Shown here piece by piece: positions 27,498 to 40,421 of a stretch of DNA of 64,000 bases (position 1 is its first letter; every line of letters begins with the position of its first letter). Source of the DNA: Eledone cirrhosa (Eukaryota). The position numbers and the translations under genes were made by a program. The stretch lies in assembly GCA_964016885.1 (NCBI GenBank), contig OZ024745.1, forward strand, positions 67,084,001 to 67,148,000, in the 5' to 3' direction. The notes beneath the pieces were generated by a model that worked only from the letters and a program-made list of their open reading frames with translations, ran no database searches and was not told where the DNA came from.

Positions 27498-30400
27498 AAT
27501 TGGATGGCTGAAACAGGTAAAAGAGTAATATATATATATATTATTTAGAGAGAGCAAGAGAGGGACAGAAATAGATGTATATTGCTGTAATACTTTTAAC
27601 GATGTAACAAAGATTGAAGGCGATAAATATCGAATGAGAAGCCCCACTGTTTCTGTTATTGATACAGGATATATACAACACTTGCATCTCACATTAATAG
27701 ATATCATCGTGTAAAATATGGAATTTTATCTCTCTGGTGAAAGCAAATCAAATTAACTTATTCGAGATTAAAGTTCTGTACTTCACAATTGAAAATAGAA
27801 CAATATAATTTTCTATAATTAGCGGTTGGACTATCCTGGTGAAAACTATATTTCTTTTAGCAAATGACATTTTATCTAATTACTCTTTGACAGATATATC
27901 GTGCCCATGTCTAATGCATTACTAGTGCAATAGTTTTATACGACATGATCAGTAAATATAGTAGAGTGCCGACATTAAGTTCACTCTCAGATGACAACTG
28001 ATCTGCAAATTCGGTCTGAAAATGGGGAGAGCTGAAAACATACTAACATAAAATCTGACAAAATATATTGATGAAACATTATTCACATCACAATATAATT
28101 TCAGGATGTCTCATTCTATAATACTCTGAACGAAATACAATCATCGATATTAGAATATCATAAACAATCATTATCCGCCTAATATTGATATTTTCCAGAA
28201 TTTCATGGAAAGTTAACAATAGTTAAGAATGTAATAGGAAATCTACAAAACAATCACGAAGTTTTAATGTGTTTACAAGCACGCTACAAAACGTTATTTG
28301 CAAAATGTTGCTAATTCATCTTATATCGTTTTTCTTTTATCTACTAAATATCCCAATCTAAATATTACAGAATAAATAAATGTAAATACAAAACAAAAAT
28401 GACGAAAACAATCATTATTTTATACATGGGTCCAGATGATCACAAGTGAGGATTGTGTAGCTACTTTGTTTTAACAGGGCCATTGGAAGCTAAGTGTATT
28501 TAACGAGTAATGCGCTGGTGATGGAAAATGAACGCACTTTTCATACTGATTAGAGTCACTGTGTCACATTGTTTAGTTTCTTTTTGTGTGTTTATTTTCT
28601 GTGTGAATGCATAATGTTTAAATTCGGGTCAGATATTTAGATATCTGACACATGATTTGTGTGATGGTTTTATTTTCATGTCTTTCCCAACGATATTAGA
28701 TGTGCTGAGATGTAAATTATTTAATGTCTTATTAAATGTAATTACCAACTAGTTTTATAAGTACGCCGTTCATTACGAAAACTGGTATTTTTAATTATAA
28801 CTTGCCTTAATAGAATACAATATTGATTTACATTCATAGTCACGCTATATTCAACAAATATAACTGTTGCAATATATCATGGTTGCTATAGCTAGCAAAA
28901 TCGACTGAGTATAGGATTGCCAAATTATATATGCAGTCTAATCCATTTAACTGAAAGAAAAAACCTTGAAACCTACATGAACAATAAAACTCATTTTGTG
29001 ACAGGGACAATGTGGAAAAGATTGTTTCGATATCTTAAATTTATATATTAAGATATCTATAAATGTTATTTGAATAAATAGGTGCTGCATTGTATTATTG
29101 AACTAGATACATAATTTGAACATACAGTATTGCTGTTGTACGTCATATTGGCACTTGCATGAAAATATTTTCCTACATAGACATAACGTTTAACATTTTG
29201 TGAAAACAAACTATGCCTTACGCGAATCAATCAGGAATTTAAATTGTTCATGAAATCGGTTTTCTGGAAACGTACCTGTACACTATTATGTCTACAACTA
29301 ATGTTATATTGTCGATACAAAAACGAATCTTTCCTCCCAACTCCCTATACATTAACAAGTGGAAACAGCTATACATTCCGTCACGCACCACAAACCAAAT
29401 CATACTGGAAAACATTCCCGAACAACTCAGCTAGAGTTTACGGGATTTCTCCACAAATAATGATTAATGATGGACGAAATACGCATAATTCAGTATAATG
29501 ATAAAATAATTGCCTTGATGGTATGTATTAGTCACAAACAAAAGTAAATACGTATGTGATGAAATAAATTGGGATCGATTTAGGCAATCTCCGTCTGTAT
29601 ATTAAAACGTTTGTCTTTAAGTTTAATAAAGAAAACAGAGAAGTTTTAAAGTTTAGCCTAGATGCAGCTTTGAACCACGGAGCCATGAAGTGATAACTTT
29701 ATATATGTTATTTCATGTACGTTAATGACACAATCTTAACTTTTCAACTATTCAAAGAAACGTGTGTTTTTGTTTTTTCTTTCTCAAATCGTTTGAATAT
29801 TGAAACCAATTTTGAAGTTTGTTTTTTTTTCAGAATGATTAGTTTCTGTTATAATAAATAGGTATTGATCTAATCCATTCTGAAAATAAAAGGAATAACA
29901 GAGCCCTTTCAATGAATATAAATGAATTGTATTATATTTCTTTTTTCTGCGTATGATTTAGGCTTTCTCTGGAAAAGTATTATATTTAACCGTGTGTCTA
30001 ATGCCTTCTTTCGCAACTTACGTCTTTTATTTAACTTGATCAAAATGGTTGTCAAATTAATCATGTTTCTATGTCACAGAATGTTAATCTACTTCCATTA
30101 CTTTAAGCATGTCATGGGAAAAATATAAAATCAAAGCAGATGTCACACAAGAATCAGCGTCCTTCAGGATAGGAATCAAATAACTTTTCCTTTGGGGGCC
30201 TTTAAGCAGGAACTATAAAATGAAAAAGTGAATTTATTTCTATGAAGTTGAAGATAATGTTCACATGACGATGATTCATTTATAATTATGTTATTATTTT
30301 TTTACTCTTAGTTCTATACGAATGTTCGATCGATTTCATCATTTTATTACCCGTTCACTAAAAAAAGAAAAAAATAGCTAGACCCATTAATTCTCAATTA

Positions 30401-32329
30401 CTTCCACCAATATTGAATAACTCCAAACAAGGAAAATACGCAAAAAAAAAGATTATAGCCCCATGTATTACCAGTTTTTTTTTTCACAAAGAGAGGAACA
30501 CTTTAGCTGTGCCGGAGTGCAAGAGATACTTTATTGAGCAGATAAGGAGTTTCTTCAAATTATACTCCGGCTATAGAGTATTGAAGCATAAAATGCTATG
30601 TGAGTTAAACTATTCGATTTTCGCTTAATTAAACTCATTTCAGGCAACGTAAGATGCAATATACTCTGGATGCGCTTATGTATTTTTTTTTTATTTCCCT
30701 TGGCTACTTATTGGGGGGGGGGGGCAGATCCCTTGATCTACAGTTGTTTTGTGACTGCAAAAAAGGATCTTAAATGAATAAAGTATTTTTCTTTGTATTT
30801 TATATAATTTATATTGAATATCCGATACACCCATTTAAGCATGTCGATTTGCAGCATCATCACAATCATCACATAAAGTGCTTTCTATTCATCACACGTT
30901 TTTAATTTTAGCAATACTTTTCTCATTCATTCTGCATCTTTTATATTTGACTTCCTTTCCACATTAATCTCTCTTTTTACACAAAACATGTCACATAAAG
31001 AGCTGTTTAGTGAGCATGATAGAGTGAGAATATGTGTGATAGTTGTAAATAGATGGAGAAAGGAGAAAGAAAGACAGAAAAATATGAACTGTATAAATTA
31101 TTCACGCTCATGTAGCCTATTTAAAATCTATTATCAGATATATATTAAATATTAGATGTAATATATTCATACGTATATACATATAGAAACACACTTTTAC
31201 AAAGTGTTAAATAGTATAACATTCACAACATATTTAACCGTGGACTAAAGATTTATTTACGACAAAGAGTCATTGTATTGTGTTATCTGAGAAAACACAT
31301 CAATCGATAGGCAAATATTAAAATTATAGAGAATCATTTTTATAGAAAGCTGTTTACAATCATATTTATAGATATAGCTCATTCCAATATTTGATCAGTG
31401 CTTCAACGTTTAAATGCAAACACGCCCACTGATTCCACCATAATCGTATTATTCAGAGAATTAAATACGATGCAATATAAAACGTGTGTAAAATTAGATA
31501 TACATTGAACTAACGTTATTATTTAAGTCACTCGGAGATGAGGTCTTAAACCTTTAAAAATGCCGTTAAAATAAAGTTGGTAAAATATACATGCATAGAT
31601 ACAAATTACCACATTAATTTTAAAACGTAATATGTAAACGTTTCCATTGAGGTTTCAAACTAAATCAAAGAAAGCCTGTTCTGCATTTATGCATATAAAC
31701 ATGTTAAAATACTAAACCATATACAGTGTATATTTGCTTTATTTTACGATTTATTAAAATACATTCCCTTTGACTCGTAGTGTCATATATGGGTACCGAA
31801 CATCATACGTAAGCAATAATGTATATCAAAAATATATTTGTGATAAAGCACATTTAAGGATCATGAAATTCGCATCTAAGGATTACGAAAGTATTTATGA
31901 CATCATGCCCCTACATCGGTATATTTACATGTAGATAAGTTATTGATGACATACTTAAGGTGTTGGTCCTCTTTCCCCTACAAAAAAGAAGACATAATAA
32001 TTCATTCATTTAGATTATATATTAGTTTGAAACAAAGGACGCAAAGTGGTTTATATTACATTATCATTAATAATTGCCGTGCATTTGTTACAGAACCATA
32101 CTATAAACATCTTAAAACATGAAAAGAAGCAATTATTAGAAGATTCATTTCTTCGATTCTTCATATTTAACAATTTAACCCTCCAATTGGCAATTCATAT
32201 TCGCATTTCTTGGGCTCTGTAGAATAAGTCATATTAATAGCTTCACTTGCCAAGTCAGTGTTATTAATTTAACATATAAGATATTGTAGAAAAGCACAGT
32301 ATAAATGGATCAGGCGTTTCTTAAATAAT

Positions 32330-32442
32330 TTGCGAGTTTGGTCCCACTGCATGGTCTGCGGAGTAAGTGTACTTTACCATATCTTCAGCTCAATCCAATC
32401 CTTGTGTGTGAAATTGTGTTGAAAAAATCTGTTTAGAAGCCG
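32330..32442 (+). mobile_element. Old, degenerate CORE-type SINE fragment
   Basis: GTCCCACTGCATGG...GTAAGTGTACTTTACCATA...CCTTGTGTGTGAAATT...AGAAGCC resembles octopus OR-type SINEs as I recall them. Confidence 0.45.
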
Positions 32443-32671
32443 GGTAAAAAGAACTGTTCTTGTTATTTAAATAACCAACAGTGTCATATATTACGGTGAT
32501 TCTCCCTGATAGATACGTTAAATATACTTGTATCTGCAGAATAGTAATTTACAAGTTAATTTAACAAGCAGGCTTTTTTTTCTGTTTATCAACGTAGATC
32601 AATGTATTTTTTAAATATCAAAACCACTAAGGGGTTAATCTTATATACGATGTAATAATGTTTTTTTTTAT

Positions 32672-32878
32672 TTAGGCACAAGGCCAGCAATTTGGATCGG
32701 GGGAAGAGTCGATTAAATTGTCCCCAGTGCGTGACTGCTACTTTATTTTATTGACCCCGTAAGGATGAAAGGCAAAGCTAAACTCGGCAGGATTTGAACT
32801 CGGAACGTAAATGGACTGAACTCTATGCCACGAAGCAGGGTGTTCGGCGCTCGACCGAAACTGCAAATCCACCGCCCT
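32672..32878 (-). mobile_element. tRNA-derived Nin-like SINE
   Basis: Homologous to 10030-10225 (GGCACAAGGCCAGCAATT ... GACCCCGTAAGGATGAAAGGCAAAG ... GGATTTGAACTC ... ATCCACCGCC). Confidence 0.8.
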
Positions 32879-33744
32879 TATATACGATGTAATAATACCA
32901 TTAGAAAACAAAGGAAAAGATATTTCCAGAATCCTAATTCACGATTTCGAAATATAATTTTAATCATTATTCCTATAAGCAAACAGATTATTTGAAAATA
33001 TAAAGCTCATGAATTTGTAAAATGTGCTTACTTAAAAGTACGTTTTGTCATAAAACAGGATTTCGTTAGAGAAGAAAACGACAGATGTTTTATCTCTATT
33101 TTTGGAAATGAAGCAATTGTTATTCAACATTTTCATTCGTCTTTGAATTTATATAGAACTATTAAAGTCAAATACTTTATATGTGACAGATGTTCAAAAC
33201 CTAGGAAACTTCTCAAAAGGATTCTTTTCAGTATTTCGTCGATGTATAAGGACATTTCCAAACAGCTGTCCACATACACATATACACATGGTCTGAAACG
33301 TATACAGCACGGAGTTAAACACACATATATACTACAATAATATACACCATCCCAGAAAATACTTCTACACAGAAGAATCCTACTCCATGCATCCATATAA
33401 ATACTTGTATTAACAAGGAGCAAATTAACAAGCAACAGAAACGTTACACCATAAACATATGCACTGCTACAAGAGTAACTCACATGCACACTCTGTACTA
33501 ATTCCGATATTTGCACTGTTATAACGTCCATTACCCAGAGAAGATCTTTCAGACATATACACCATACATCCATAAACTATAGATCATACGCACTAAAGGT
33601 CAACAAGGAAAAGTGCACGCAACTACCACAGCCTAACACGTACGGTAGCACGCAGTAAAAAAACACACACACGCACACACACAAACAAACAAACAAACAA
33701 ACACACACACACACACCACACACCACACACACACATACAGACAC

Positions 33745-33903
<159 letters not shown>

Positions 33904-33909
33904 ATAAAT

Positions 33910-34030
33910 GTGAAGACTAAAATCCAAAGAGGGCTCGATAAGGATAAATATATATCAAATATATAAGAACCCGTTAAGTGTGAAAGCCGCGATTCCTTGC
34001 TTAATCTTTAATCTGTTATCTTAACAAATA
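33910..34030. mobile_element. Rearranged PLE terminal fragments
   Basis: 33910-33971 is the reverse complement of 27437-27497, and 33970-34030 is a direct homologue of 27366-27428. Confidence 0.65.
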
Positions 34031-34042
34031 TATATATATATT

Positions 34043-34127
34043 ATAGAAGTGGTTACACAACAGTTAGTTCACCATACCGAGAACAATTCTCGGTATGGTG
34101 AACTAACTGTTGTGTAACCATTTCTAT
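34043..34127. repeat. Near-perfect palindrome (41-bp arms, 3-nt loop)
   Basis: ATAGAAGTGGTTACACAACAGTTAGTTCACCATACCGAGAA-caa-TTCTCGGTATGGTGAACTAACTGTTGTGTAACCATTTCTAT, with one mismatch. Confidence 0.95.
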
Positions 34128-34207
34128 CTAACTCGTCCCATGGACTGAGTGCTCTACCACTACGGATATTACCTTCCAGTGTTCTACCACTATATATATA
34201 TTATATA

Positions 34208-34614
34208 TCTTTATATATATAAAAGCGAGGATGTGTGTGTGTCTGTGTACAGCTTGGCATGCATAAGGCTTTCACAATTACCAACTGAATTTGACCAAAT
34301 TTTCTGTGCACGTTGCACAGGTCGATAGGATTGTTACATCACAAACATTTTTCAAATCGACCCACGTTGAGCAATAAAAAATCGATATCAAAATTATCGG
34401 TAGAAAAATTGATGTAAGGGAGATAACAAACTTTATTGACAATCTTTATAAAAAAGGGAGATAACCTTTTCACCAAATATATTCGTTTGCATTAATTATT
34501 GAAGACTCTGCTTATTTTGACAGGTTGGGGACAAATAATGTTCTTCTTTTACTTCCTAGGTATATATTCTTAGCATAATTTCAAACCCCAAGCAACGCCG
34601 GGTAAATCTGCTAG
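34208..34614 (+). mobile_element. Complete non-autonomous Helitron (407 bp)
   Basis: 5' end A|TCTTTATATATATAAAAG; 3' end CCCAAGCAACGCCGGG-taaatctg-CTAG|T. Inserted between A and T with no TSD. Confidence 0.8.
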
Positions 34615-35244
34615 TATATATATATATATATATATATACACTCGATTAGACTACCCGTGAGAGAGGGGGAATTGTGAGAGTGAGAGAAAGTGAGGTGTGT
34701 AGTCGAATAGAGAGAGAGGGGGAGAGTTTTATGGTTTAGTGACAGAGGGAGAATGCTGGTCTAGTAAGAGAGGGTGAGGTATGTAGTCGGATATAGAGAG
34801 GGGGAGAGAGTTTGGTGGTTTAATGAGAGAGGGAGTATGTTGCTCTAGTCAGAGAGAGTGAGGCATGCAATGGTATATAGAGAGGGTGAGAAAGGTGTAA
34901 TGTTTTAGTGAGAGAGGGGTAATATTTTGAGAGAGTGACAAGATAATTGTATGAGGGAAGAAAATGCTTTGATAGTGGGTTTTACAGTAAAGTGGCTGGC
35001 TGTGTATATGAGTGTGTGTGTTTATATGTATATGTGTGTATATATATATATATTTGTGTGTGTGTGTCTGTTTATATATATGTGTGCGTGTTTGTATGTT
35101 TTCGTACAATGTGTTTGTTTATATGTGTGTGTGTTTATATGTGTTTATGTGGGTGTGTGCATGTGTACTTGTATATGTATGTGTTTGTATAAATATATGT
35201 GTGTGTGTATGTGTGTGTGTGTGTGTGTGCATTTATATATATTG

Positions 35245-35682
35245 AAGTGTGTGAAAGTGCGTGGTTAGGGTTAGGGTTAGGGTTAGAGTTAGAGTTAGGG
35301 TTAGGGTTAGGGTTAGGGTTAGGGTTAGGGTTAGGGTTAGAGTTAGGGTTAGGGTTAGGGTTAGGGTTAGGGTTAGGGTTAGGGTATTCAGCGCATAATC
35401 GTAATGTCGTGATATCAATTCCCGGCGGCGCGTTGTGTCCTTGAGCAAGACACTTATTTCACGTTGCTCCAGTTCACTCAACTGGCAAAAATGAGTTGTA
35501 CCTGTAGTCCGAAGGACCAGCCTTGTCACTCATTGTGTCACACTCAATCTCCCTGTGAACTACGCAAAGCGTACGCGTGTCTGTGGAATACTCAACCACT
35601 TACACGTTAATTTCACGAGTAGGCTGTTGCGTTGATCGTAGTAACTGGGACACTCGGCGTCGTATCTGACGAAGTGACTCCA
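35245..35682 (+). mobile_element. tRNA-derived CORE-like SINE interrupted by a telomeric array
   Basis: Head GTGTGAAAGTGCGTGG[TTAGGG]nTATTCAG, degenerate B box (GATATCAATTCC) and the core motif GTTGTGTCCTTGAGCAAGACACTT. Confidence 0.72.
35265..35384 (+). repeat. Interstitial telomeric repeat (TTAGGG)20
   Basis: 120 bp made of 17 TTAGGG and 3 TTAGAG units. Confidence 0.97.
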
Positions 35683-35767
35683 TTTATATGTGTGTGTGTG
35701 TGTTTGTATATAAATATGTGGGTGTCTGTGACCTATATACACTGGTCACACACACACACAGACACAC

Positions 35768-35832
<65 letters not shown>

Positions 35833-36164
35833 GGGAATGTAACGTGCAGTTGCTATACGTTCACCAGTATACACACACACATATACACATACACTTAGAA
35901 ACCCTTCTTATTTAGCAGGAAATATTCGCTAACACATCCTGTGCTAACACAAGATATCATACACATATGACTTAATATTCAGTCACCAAATTTGGGCTAG
36001 ATACAGTAATGCTGTATTCGATTCTTTGAAGTCAGCTGTTGTAATTTCTTTCACCAACTCCACGAGCTCTCTCTCTCCTTCTCTCTATCTATCTCTCTAT
36101 CTCTATCGCTCTATATCTCTCTATCTATCTCTCTATCTATCTCTCTATCTATCTCTCTCTCTCC

Positions 36165-36205
<41 letters not shown>

Positions 36206-36825
36206 AACTTCTCTGTTTACTTCTCTCTCTTCCTGATTCTCTTTTAAACTACTCTGTCACTACCACTATCTCTTTCTCTCTATCCCCTCTCTCTATTTAT
36301 GAAGGTAACCGGAGAAAACCCATATCTCGGGAACCCGTGCTCCGATTTACGCGAAACTTGTTTTATTGCATTTGTATTCACATTTCAGAGGCAACTTCCT
36401 TTCAAAGTATTTTCCCATTATGCATCATTTTGGTTGTATTAAATTACCACCAAGCACACAATCACAGAGTTTTAGTAGTATACGAGACCATCCGTGACCT
36501 GTTACGCCACGGGTAGTCTAGTAATATATAGAGAGTGAGTAGTATATATACATATATATACTACTAAAACTCTGTGATTGTGTGATTGTCTGTAATGTAA
36601 TACAACCAAAACGCCGCATAATGGGAAAATATTTTAAAAGGAAGTTTCCGTAACAGGTCACGCATGGTCTAGTACACTACTAAAAACTCTGTGATCGTGT
36701 GTTTGGGGGTAATTTAATACACCCAAAACGATCCATAATGGGAAAATAATTTGAAAGGAAGTTGCCCCTGAAATGTGAATACAAATAGAATAAAACAAGT
36801 TTCGCGTAAATTGGAGCATGAATCC

Positions 36826-36868
<43 letters not shown>

Positions 36869-36871
<3 letters not shown>

Positions 36872-37785
36872 CGGGTAAAAATTCCCGAGATCCATGGACG
36901 AGATCTCTCCAGCGGTTTCTGTCCCTCATTATCGCTGCCATGTTCTGCGTCTCCAACAGACCAGTGTCTGTCCTTAGGGCATCAACATACGTTAACCTTG
37001 GTCTTCCTCTTCCGGTGTGTCCACAGGAGCACTGAGTGCAATGTCAACTCTGGATGTCGGTGAGTCTCCTCTGTGTCCCTTTTGAGCTGACTTTTGGGAG
37101 GCTCCCATACAGCTCTGAGTTTTTCATCCTCAGTGTATACTGATTAATGTTCAGAGCCATCCTCAGCATTCTCGTGTAGCATCTGAGTGAGTTTCTTGGT
37201 CAGTGTCCAAGTCTCAGACCCGTACAGCAGCACAGACTCCACTAGAGCAATGAAGAGGCGGATCTTCAGGTCTTTACGAAGGTCCGACTTCCACACCAAT
37301 CTCAAGCTGTAGCACACCGCCTAGGCTTTGCTCTTCCTCTCAACCACATCATCTTCCGTATTCCCAATCTTTGCTCCCAAATACAGGAAGTCTTCAACCA
37401 ATTCTAGCGGCTTCCCGCCTACATTAGTAATCCCCTCTGGCTTCTCAACATTTTCTACCAGTTATTTTGTCTTAGTCTCATTCCTTCTCGGCTCCACACT
37501 CATCGATACAGTCTCCACCTCCTGCATCAAATACTCTGCCTCCTTCACTGTGTTTGTCACCAAAACTATGTCGTCGGCAAATTCAGCATCCGATATCTTT
37601 TTCGCCTTAACTCTCCTGCTCTGAATCGGTGTTACAGTAAAGCCAGAGTCCTGCTGTTTCTCCAGTGCAAGGCTCATACAATAGTCCACTACGATGATAA
37701 AAAGGTAGGGAGCCAATGTATCTCCCTGGAGCACTCCAGCCAGTATCTCAAAGAACTTTGTCATCCTATCAGGTGTAATCACTTT
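36869..37785 (-). mobile_element. 5'-truncated RTE-type LINE fragment
   Basis: GVLQGDTLAPYLFIIVVDY, FADDIVL, VEDFLYLG, LLYGSETWTL and the C-terminal DRNRWR. The 3' end runs into (TA)n. Confidence 0.88.
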
Positions 37786-38670
37786 GGTGTTCTCTCTCTT
37801 ATATATATATATATATATAGTTCTCTCTCATATGCCCTCCTTTCATTTCACCAAATGTTCTACCCCAAAAACTGTTTCCCTTCTTTCTTGCACTCCCATT
37901 TGGTTTTCCAAAGAAATTCGTAACGTCAACAATAACATTTCTTGTTGCTTTATTCTTTTATCATATATATGTATATATATATATATATATACGTGTGTAT
38001 AATGGTAGCTATGGTGCTTCCATAGGCGGTATCCCAAAATTAGCACTCAATATTCATACAGAGCAGAGTGTGAATAGTATAAAAAAACGAAAAATCAGTA
38101 ATGCATCTGGACTCAGTTTATTGTGTGTTACAATTGTTTCGCCGGCATGTAGCTCGAGACATGATCACTGTATAGATCTGGCTGATTCTACGCCTGCAGG
38201 TTCCTTCGGACACGTGCAATTCGCTCGGTGTGAGTTAGTCGGCCGGGCATACCGAAAACGATAAATGGAAAAGAATGAAACGAAATTTCATTTCTCACTC
38301 ATAGTACGGCTGATACCTAAATATAAGTATATAATTCGGGCTGTTTGTTTACAAACAAACCGAACATTATAATAAATGTTCGGTAAACCCATACATACAT
38401 ATATATATATGTGTGCATGTATGTATATATATATATATACATACTACCGTGCGTCTGTACACATGTGTGTATGTACGTATACATACTTATATTTAGGTAT
38501 CAGCCGTACTAAGAGTGAGAAATGAAATTTCGTTTCATTCTTTTCCATTTATCGTTTTCGGTATGCCCGGCCGACTAACTCACTCGATATGCAAATTAGG
38601 CTGCTCAACCGTTAATAGGCATAAGGAAAGTATATACTTTCAGACGTTCAATAATCTGACAGAAAGGTAT

Positions 38671-38705
38671 ACGATGCTGACGATAGCTTGAAACTAGTAC
38701 ATCGT
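38671..38705 (+). ncRNA. Hammerhead motif copy with an 8-nt deletion in stem II
   Basis: ACGATG-CTGACGA-TAGCTT-GAAA-CTAG-TA-CATCGT. Confidence 0.6.
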
Positions 38706-39091
38706 TCCTGTGTCAGTCTTGAACAAAAGGGCGACGATGGTTGCCGAGCACTGTACGGCTTAATTCGGGCTGTTTTTTTACAAACAAACCGAACATTATA
38801 ATAAATGTTCGGTAAACCCATACATACATATATATATGTGTACATGTATGTATATATATACATACTACTGTGCGTCTGTAACCATATATGTGTGTACGTA
38901 TACATACTTATATTTAGGTATCAGCCGTACTAAGAGTGAGAAATGAAATTTCGTTTCATTCTTTTCCATTTATCGTTTTCGGTATGCCCGGCCGACTAAC
39001 TCACTTGATATGCAAATTAGGCTGCTCAGCCGTTAATATGCATAAGGAAAGTATATACTTTCAGACGTTCAATCATCTGACAGAAAGGTAT

Positions 39092-39134
39092 ACGATGCTG
39101 ACGATAGCTAATAAGCTTGAAACTAGTACATCGT
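39092..39134 (+). ncRNA. Minimal type-I hammerhead ribozyme motif
   Basis: ACGATG-CTGACGA-T-AGCT(aata)AGCT-T-GAAA-CTAG-TA-CATCGT: a 6-bp stem I, palindromic ACTAGT and a GUA site. Confidence 0.8.
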
Positions 39135-39337
39135 TCCTGTGTCAGTGTTGAACAAAAGGGAGACGATGGTTGCCGAGCACTGTACGGCGTAATTCGGGCT
39201 GTTTGTTTACAAACAAACCGAACATTATAATAAATGTTCGGTAAACCCATACGTACATGTATATATGCGTGCATGTATGTATATATATATACATGCTACT
39301 GTGCGTCTGTACACATATGTGTATGTACGTATACATA

Positions 39338-39406
<69 letters not shown>

Positions 39407-40198
39407 ATATATGTATAAAGATATATATATATAATGATATGTGCCTGTGTATGTGTGTGCCTATAGCTGTGCTTGAGTGTATGTGCTTTTAATAAGGATA
39501 ATTTCCTCCAATCACCACTGTATCTTGTTTTGAAATTGATGCTAATGGTTCCCTGAAAATAAAATAACATATTTAAGATACATAGTTAATGAATTTTAAT
39601 TTTTTTCCCCGACTGACAAAGAGCTATATCCATACATAAATACGGAACATATTTTCTTAGAGTTAGAAAACAGTAATTGAAAACGTGTAATCAAACAGTT
39701 TTTACGAGATTCCTTTCATGTACTTCATTTATGTATACTTCTAGTTTTTCCACGTGCAATCTACATTCTCATCTGCTCCTTCATATAGAGGAATTAAGTT
39801 AAAAGCCGACCAGTCAACTCTTCCTGTTCGACGGGGAGATCTTCCATCCACTTTGAGTAGATGTCTTTTCTTGCGAAAATGGGTATAGATTTCATTATGT
39901 AAACTCTCCCCATTTTGCCACATTTATCTCCGTTTTGGAGCACTTTTTTTCATGGTACTCCTGTTTTGGTTTTTAGAGGTTGGCAGGTCTGTTGAAAACT
40001 TTTATTATCGCATTGAGAATGAATAAACAATAAATTACGATGCTGCAGGTTCTAAGTCAATTATAGTTATTAAAAGTGTTCACCAGTATATTTTATGTAA
40101 GATATAATAAGATATGTTTGATATTTGAATTAGTTAAGGACCAAACATATATAGGATAGATGATTTATCCTAATTATCATATATATATATATATATAT

Positions 40199-40421
40199 AT
40201 AAATGGAAAAGAATGAAACGAAATTTCATTTCTCACTCTTAGTACGGCTGATACCTAAATATAAGTATGTATACATACATACACATATGTGTACAGACGC
40301 ACAGTAGTATGTATATATATACATACATGCCCACATATATATATATGTACGTATGGGTTTACCGAACATTTATTATAATGTTCGGTTTGTTTGTAAACAA
40401 ACAGCCCGAATTAAGCCGTAC
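40199..40421 (-). repeat. Inverted partial copy of the 429-bp unit
   Basis: Reverse complement of about 38752-38972, bordered by (TA)n. Confidence 0.85.

Larger units (their letters stand above)
34646..36830. mobile_element. Cluster of Helitron-like non-autonomous pieces in both orientations
   Basis: The start TACTACTAAAACTCTGTGAT occurs three times (minus strand from about 36481; plus strand from about 36559 and about 36676). A hairpin CCGTG..CACGG with CTAG|T lies at 36492-36522. 36335-36480 is inverted relative to 36676-36820. Confidence 0.55.
38229..39340 (+). mobile_element. Non-coding 429-bp tandem repeat with one hammerhead per unit (retrozyme- or pLTR-like), preceded by an inverted partial copy
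   Basis: ACAAACAAACCGAAC recurs at 38351, 38780 and 39209 (period 429). 38229-38330 is the reverse complement of about 38484-38583. Confidence 0.8.

Noticed and set aside
27500-33100. Host exons in the long AT-rich stretch (also 3730-9100 and 52900-54200)
   Set aside because: No ORF shows recognisable homology or coding bias. Short exons cannot be excluded without RNA-seq.
35265-35384. True chromosome end or fusion scar
   Set aside because: The array is short and single-orientation, and SINE sequence is continuous on both sides.
38229-39340. CRISPR array or ordinary satellite
   Set aside because: There is no short repeat/unique spacer pattern and the context is eukaryotic. The long units carry a ribozyme motif and an inverted 5' copy.
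39905-39991. Possible hAT-like terminal inverted repeat (AGGTTGGCAGGTCTG)
   Set aside because: I found no matching partner end or TSD.
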